Positions 17,391-19,232 of a stretch of DNA of 19,232 bases are shown here, piece by piece (position 1 is the stretch's first letter; each line of letters begins with the position of its first letter). The notes under the pieces were generated by a model. The model saw nothing but the letters and a program-made list of their open reading frames with translations. It made no database searches and was not told the DNA's origin. The DNA is from Oligoflexales bacterium. GTDB taxonomy: Bacteria > Bdellovibrionota_B > Oligoflexia > Oligoflexales > Bog-1112. Location: NCBI GenBank assembly GCA_045105515.1, contig JBGCDR010000038.1:1-19232 (forward strand). The letters are read 5' to 3'. The translations under genes and the position numbers were made by a program.

Positions 17391-17606
17391 ATGATTACAA
17401 AAGTATACACATCCATGCGCGCAGGCGAAGAAGTTGTCAAATATGTTCGTGACAAGAACGAATTTACTGGTGAAGAGCGCCTTCTTTCCCCTCATGAGCT
17501 TGAAGACCCGGAAGGAGTCGAAGTTGGAGATGAATTTGCATATAAGGTGAGCTTGCTAAGCGATCGGGTTTTTGCTGACAAAAACTATCGATCTTATGAA
17601 GACTGA
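17391..17606 (+). CDS. Small acidic hypothetical protein (71 aa)
   Basis: Occupies an otherwise empty interval, is less AT-rich than the upstream spacer, and has globular-protein composition (EDPEGVEVGDEFAYKV). No family recognised. Confidence 0.55.
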   Translation: MITKVYTSMRAGEEVVKYVRDKNEFTGEERLLSPHELEDPEGVEVGDEFAYKVSLLSDRVFADKNYRSYED

Positions 17607-17644
17607 AGTCGTCTATTTAAGTTTTCTCCTTTTTCAGCCGATGA

Positions 17645-17772
17645 CCCAACTAAGTGAAACCCACCGAAACTCTCAGGATGAGGCTTCTTGTCCCTCTCCC
17701 TATTAGGAGTTTTAGCCCTTAGCCTCAAAGTGGAGGCTCAATAAAGGTGGGTCAATCTCCACTTAGATTGGG
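17645..17772. ncRNA. Candidate structured RNA or cis-regulatory leader of unknown class
   Basis: Nested complementarity: 17645-56/17760-72, 17659-65/17746-52, 17667-73/17706-12 and 17721-26/17733-38. Alternative helices: 17679-85/17721-27 and 17728-35/17757-64. Confidence 0.5.
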
Positions 17773-17781
17773 ATTGAGTTC

Positions 17782-19080
17782 TTGTATCGCTATCTTAATA
17801 AAAGCAAGCTTATCATCCTGTGCTTGTTGATCTGTGCTTCCTGCAAAATCAACAAAGAAGTGGGTATATTTGGCTCTTTCGCCGACCTAAGGATTTTTCC
17901 TCAAAAATCATGCAAACCGCTATTAAACTTGGCGCCACCTGCATCTATTCAACCCTCCAACTTAAGTCCTCCACAATTGAGAGTGGTACCCTTTGAATTT
18001 ACTGAAGATTCAAGTTTTCCAATAATTAAAGCAAAAAAAGACCGGACTGCTGATATAACCTACTACCAAGCTTGTATGGAGCATGATATTCGCTGCAAAA
18101 CAGGTTTCTTGATTAACGCACCACACATAGTAGCAATGGAATTTCCTGGTACTTACTATTTCCAAGCACACTCCTGTATCTGGCGAGATAGAGCTCACCA
18201 AAAAACAGGAAGCCTGAATCTAGTGTTAGAAGACCTTAGTAAGCAAAAACTATATTGTAGTAAATCTTCAGCCCCGATTTCCTATACTTTTCAAATGAAA
18301 CCAGGAGATTCAAAAATTTTGAAGACAATTCAGGACTACGAATTTTCCAGAAATAAATTTCACAAAGCTTTAATAAACTTTCGAATTATACTTCAAAACT
18401 ACCAAGAACATGCTAAGTCTCCTCCCCTGAGCTTGCTCAGTCAGATTATGAATGTTTTATATCTAAGAGATAATCTTCATAGCATCGTTGGCAATGAATA
18501 TTTCAATCATAGTATTTACTTTACCTATCGCCTAACTCACCGCTATAAGCACCTTGCTTCATCCTTACCTATTTCAGCTAATATGATTAGAGACTGTGCT
18601 TCGAGTAACATTTTAAACCATATGCAGGAAAAAAAAGTACCCGCGGATCCTTATTCCTATCAAGGATATGAAATAAGTGGATTGGATAATACATCATCCT
18701 TATCAACATTAACTGGTGAAAAACTGTCTCTTATGAGTGAAGCAACTGCATTAGCAATTCTTGCTAGTGGTGGAGCCGCTACAACATCTGAAGAAATCTT
18801 TAGGACTATTCAGTACCAAGTTCTTAACAACCACTTTTCCAACTACTCGCAAAACCCGGAACAAAGTCCTATTCTATTCGGGGTAGGTGTTGCCTTTACA
18901 ACAACAACTGCGATGGAAATACAAAGATTAAAAAGGAATGCAGTTTTTATCGATGGTAAACAAGAAGAAATCGAGCTTTACCGAAAATTAAATAGCTGGG
19001 CAGAAGATTTTATTTCCATTAGGAAAGAATACCTTAAGCTAAAGAAAACATTGCATATTGAAAGCATAACTATAGATTAA
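17782..19080 (+). CDS. Hypothetical secreted/lipoprotein
   Basis: 432-aa ORF with TTG start. Basic/hydrophobic signal ending ICASC. Cys-containing beta-rich N-terminal half and helical C-terminal half with two short hydrophobic stretches. Confidence 0.65.
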   Translation: MYRYLNKSKLIILCLLICASCKINKEVGIFGSFADLRIFPQKSCKPLLNLAPPASIQPSNLSPPQLRVVPFEFTEDSSFPIIKAKKDRTADITYYQACMEHDIRCKTGFLINAPHIVAMEFPGTYYFQAHSCIWRDRAHQKTGSLNLVLEDLSKQKLYCSKSSAPISYTFQMKPGDSKILKTIQDYEFSRNKFHKALINFRIILQNYQEHAKSPPLSLLSQIMNVLYLRDNLHSIVGNEYFNHSIYFTYRLTHRYKHLASSLPISANMIRDCASSNILNHMQEKKVPADPYSYQGYEISGLDNTSSLSTLTGEKLSLMSEATALAILASGGAATTSEEIFRTIQYQVLNNHFSNYSQNPEQSPILFGVGVAFTTTTAMEIQRLKRNAVFIDGKQEEIELYRKLNSWAEDFISIRKEYLKLKKTLHIESITID

Positions 19081-19126
19081 ACTCCAGCTAACTAGCTAGT
19101 GCCTGATTGGAAACACACCGCCGCCT

Positions 19127-19194
19127 TTGTATGTAAGGCTTAGAGCACTATAATCTTTAGCGAATTTCCCCAGTTTCTCTAAAAAGGCTATAAT
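19127..19194 (+). promoter_or_regulatory. Putative tandem sigma70 promoters for a gene beyond the window
   Basis: Two perfect TATAAT hexamers (19149-19154 and 19189-19194). TTGTAT lies 16 bp upstream of the first; the -35 matches are weak. Confidence 0.35.
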
Positions 19195-19232
19195 TGTCGG
19201 AAAATCAAAAGATCTTGGGGGTGCCCATGCGC

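Noticed and set aside
17655..17680. Glycine riboswitch-like words (CACCGAA, AAACTCTCAGG)
   Set aside because: No upstream GGAGA, and the GAAG-GAG/P3 segment between the two words is missing. No glycine gene follows.
17638..17752. Hammerhead ribozyme (GAAAC after a stem, three-way junction)
   Set aside because: The position needing CUGANGA reads CAATAAA. The GATGA words elsewhere are in the wrong place.
17659..17764. HDV-like ribozyme on the minus strand (similar helix order)
   Set aside because: No proper P3/L3 with CC, no GG for P1.1, and no catalytic C-x-AA in J4/2.
17645..17772. 6S RNA, fluoride riboswitch or retron ncRNA
   Set aside because: Shorter than typical 6S with a poorly paired apical stem. 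The fluoride junction nucleotides are absent. There is no reverse transcriptase in the window. An Rfam scan is still needed to exclude these formally.
399..18201. Remaining 60-92 aa ORFs in the ORF track (for example 2476-2754, 5200-5457, 9795-10019, 10043-10285, 17270-17455)
   Set aside because: Shadow ORFs overlapping well-supported genes or AT-rich spacers, with no motifs or RBS.
1..19232. CRISPR arrays, tRNA/rRNA, IS elements, integrases, defence genes
   Set aside because: No regularly spaced repeats, cloverleaf motifs, or transposase, nuclease or RT signatures were found by eye.

Overview
AT-rich bacterial window, gene-dense. The protein families (lipoprotein proteases, REC-TPR protein, Cys-containing secreted hypotheticals) suggest Bdellovibrionota/Oligoflexia; this is inference only. 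Left to right: a DUF318/ArsP-like permease fused to an FG-GAP/ASPIC-UnbV (CRTAC1-like) domain; a Wzx-type flippase divergent from a GT4 glycosyltransferase; then a minus-strand run of a cNMP-binding protein with a possible CheZ-like helical tail, a Vpr-like S8 subtilase whose C-terminus is split off by a 1-nt frameshift, bcp, a REC-TPR protein, a trypsin-like S1 lipoprotein and a Met-zincin lipoprotein. On the plus strand follow a protein with a 'FinO-like' C-terminal domain, a 71-aa ORF, a ~130-nt heavily base-paired intergenic element with two alternative folds, and a secreted hypothetical protein. No rRNA, tRNA, CRISPR array, transposase or integrase was seen. Best novelty candidates: the structured element at 17645-17772 with its neighbours, and the cNMP plus DxxxQ fusion. 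Two sites suggest single-base deletions in short homopolymers, possibly assembly errors.
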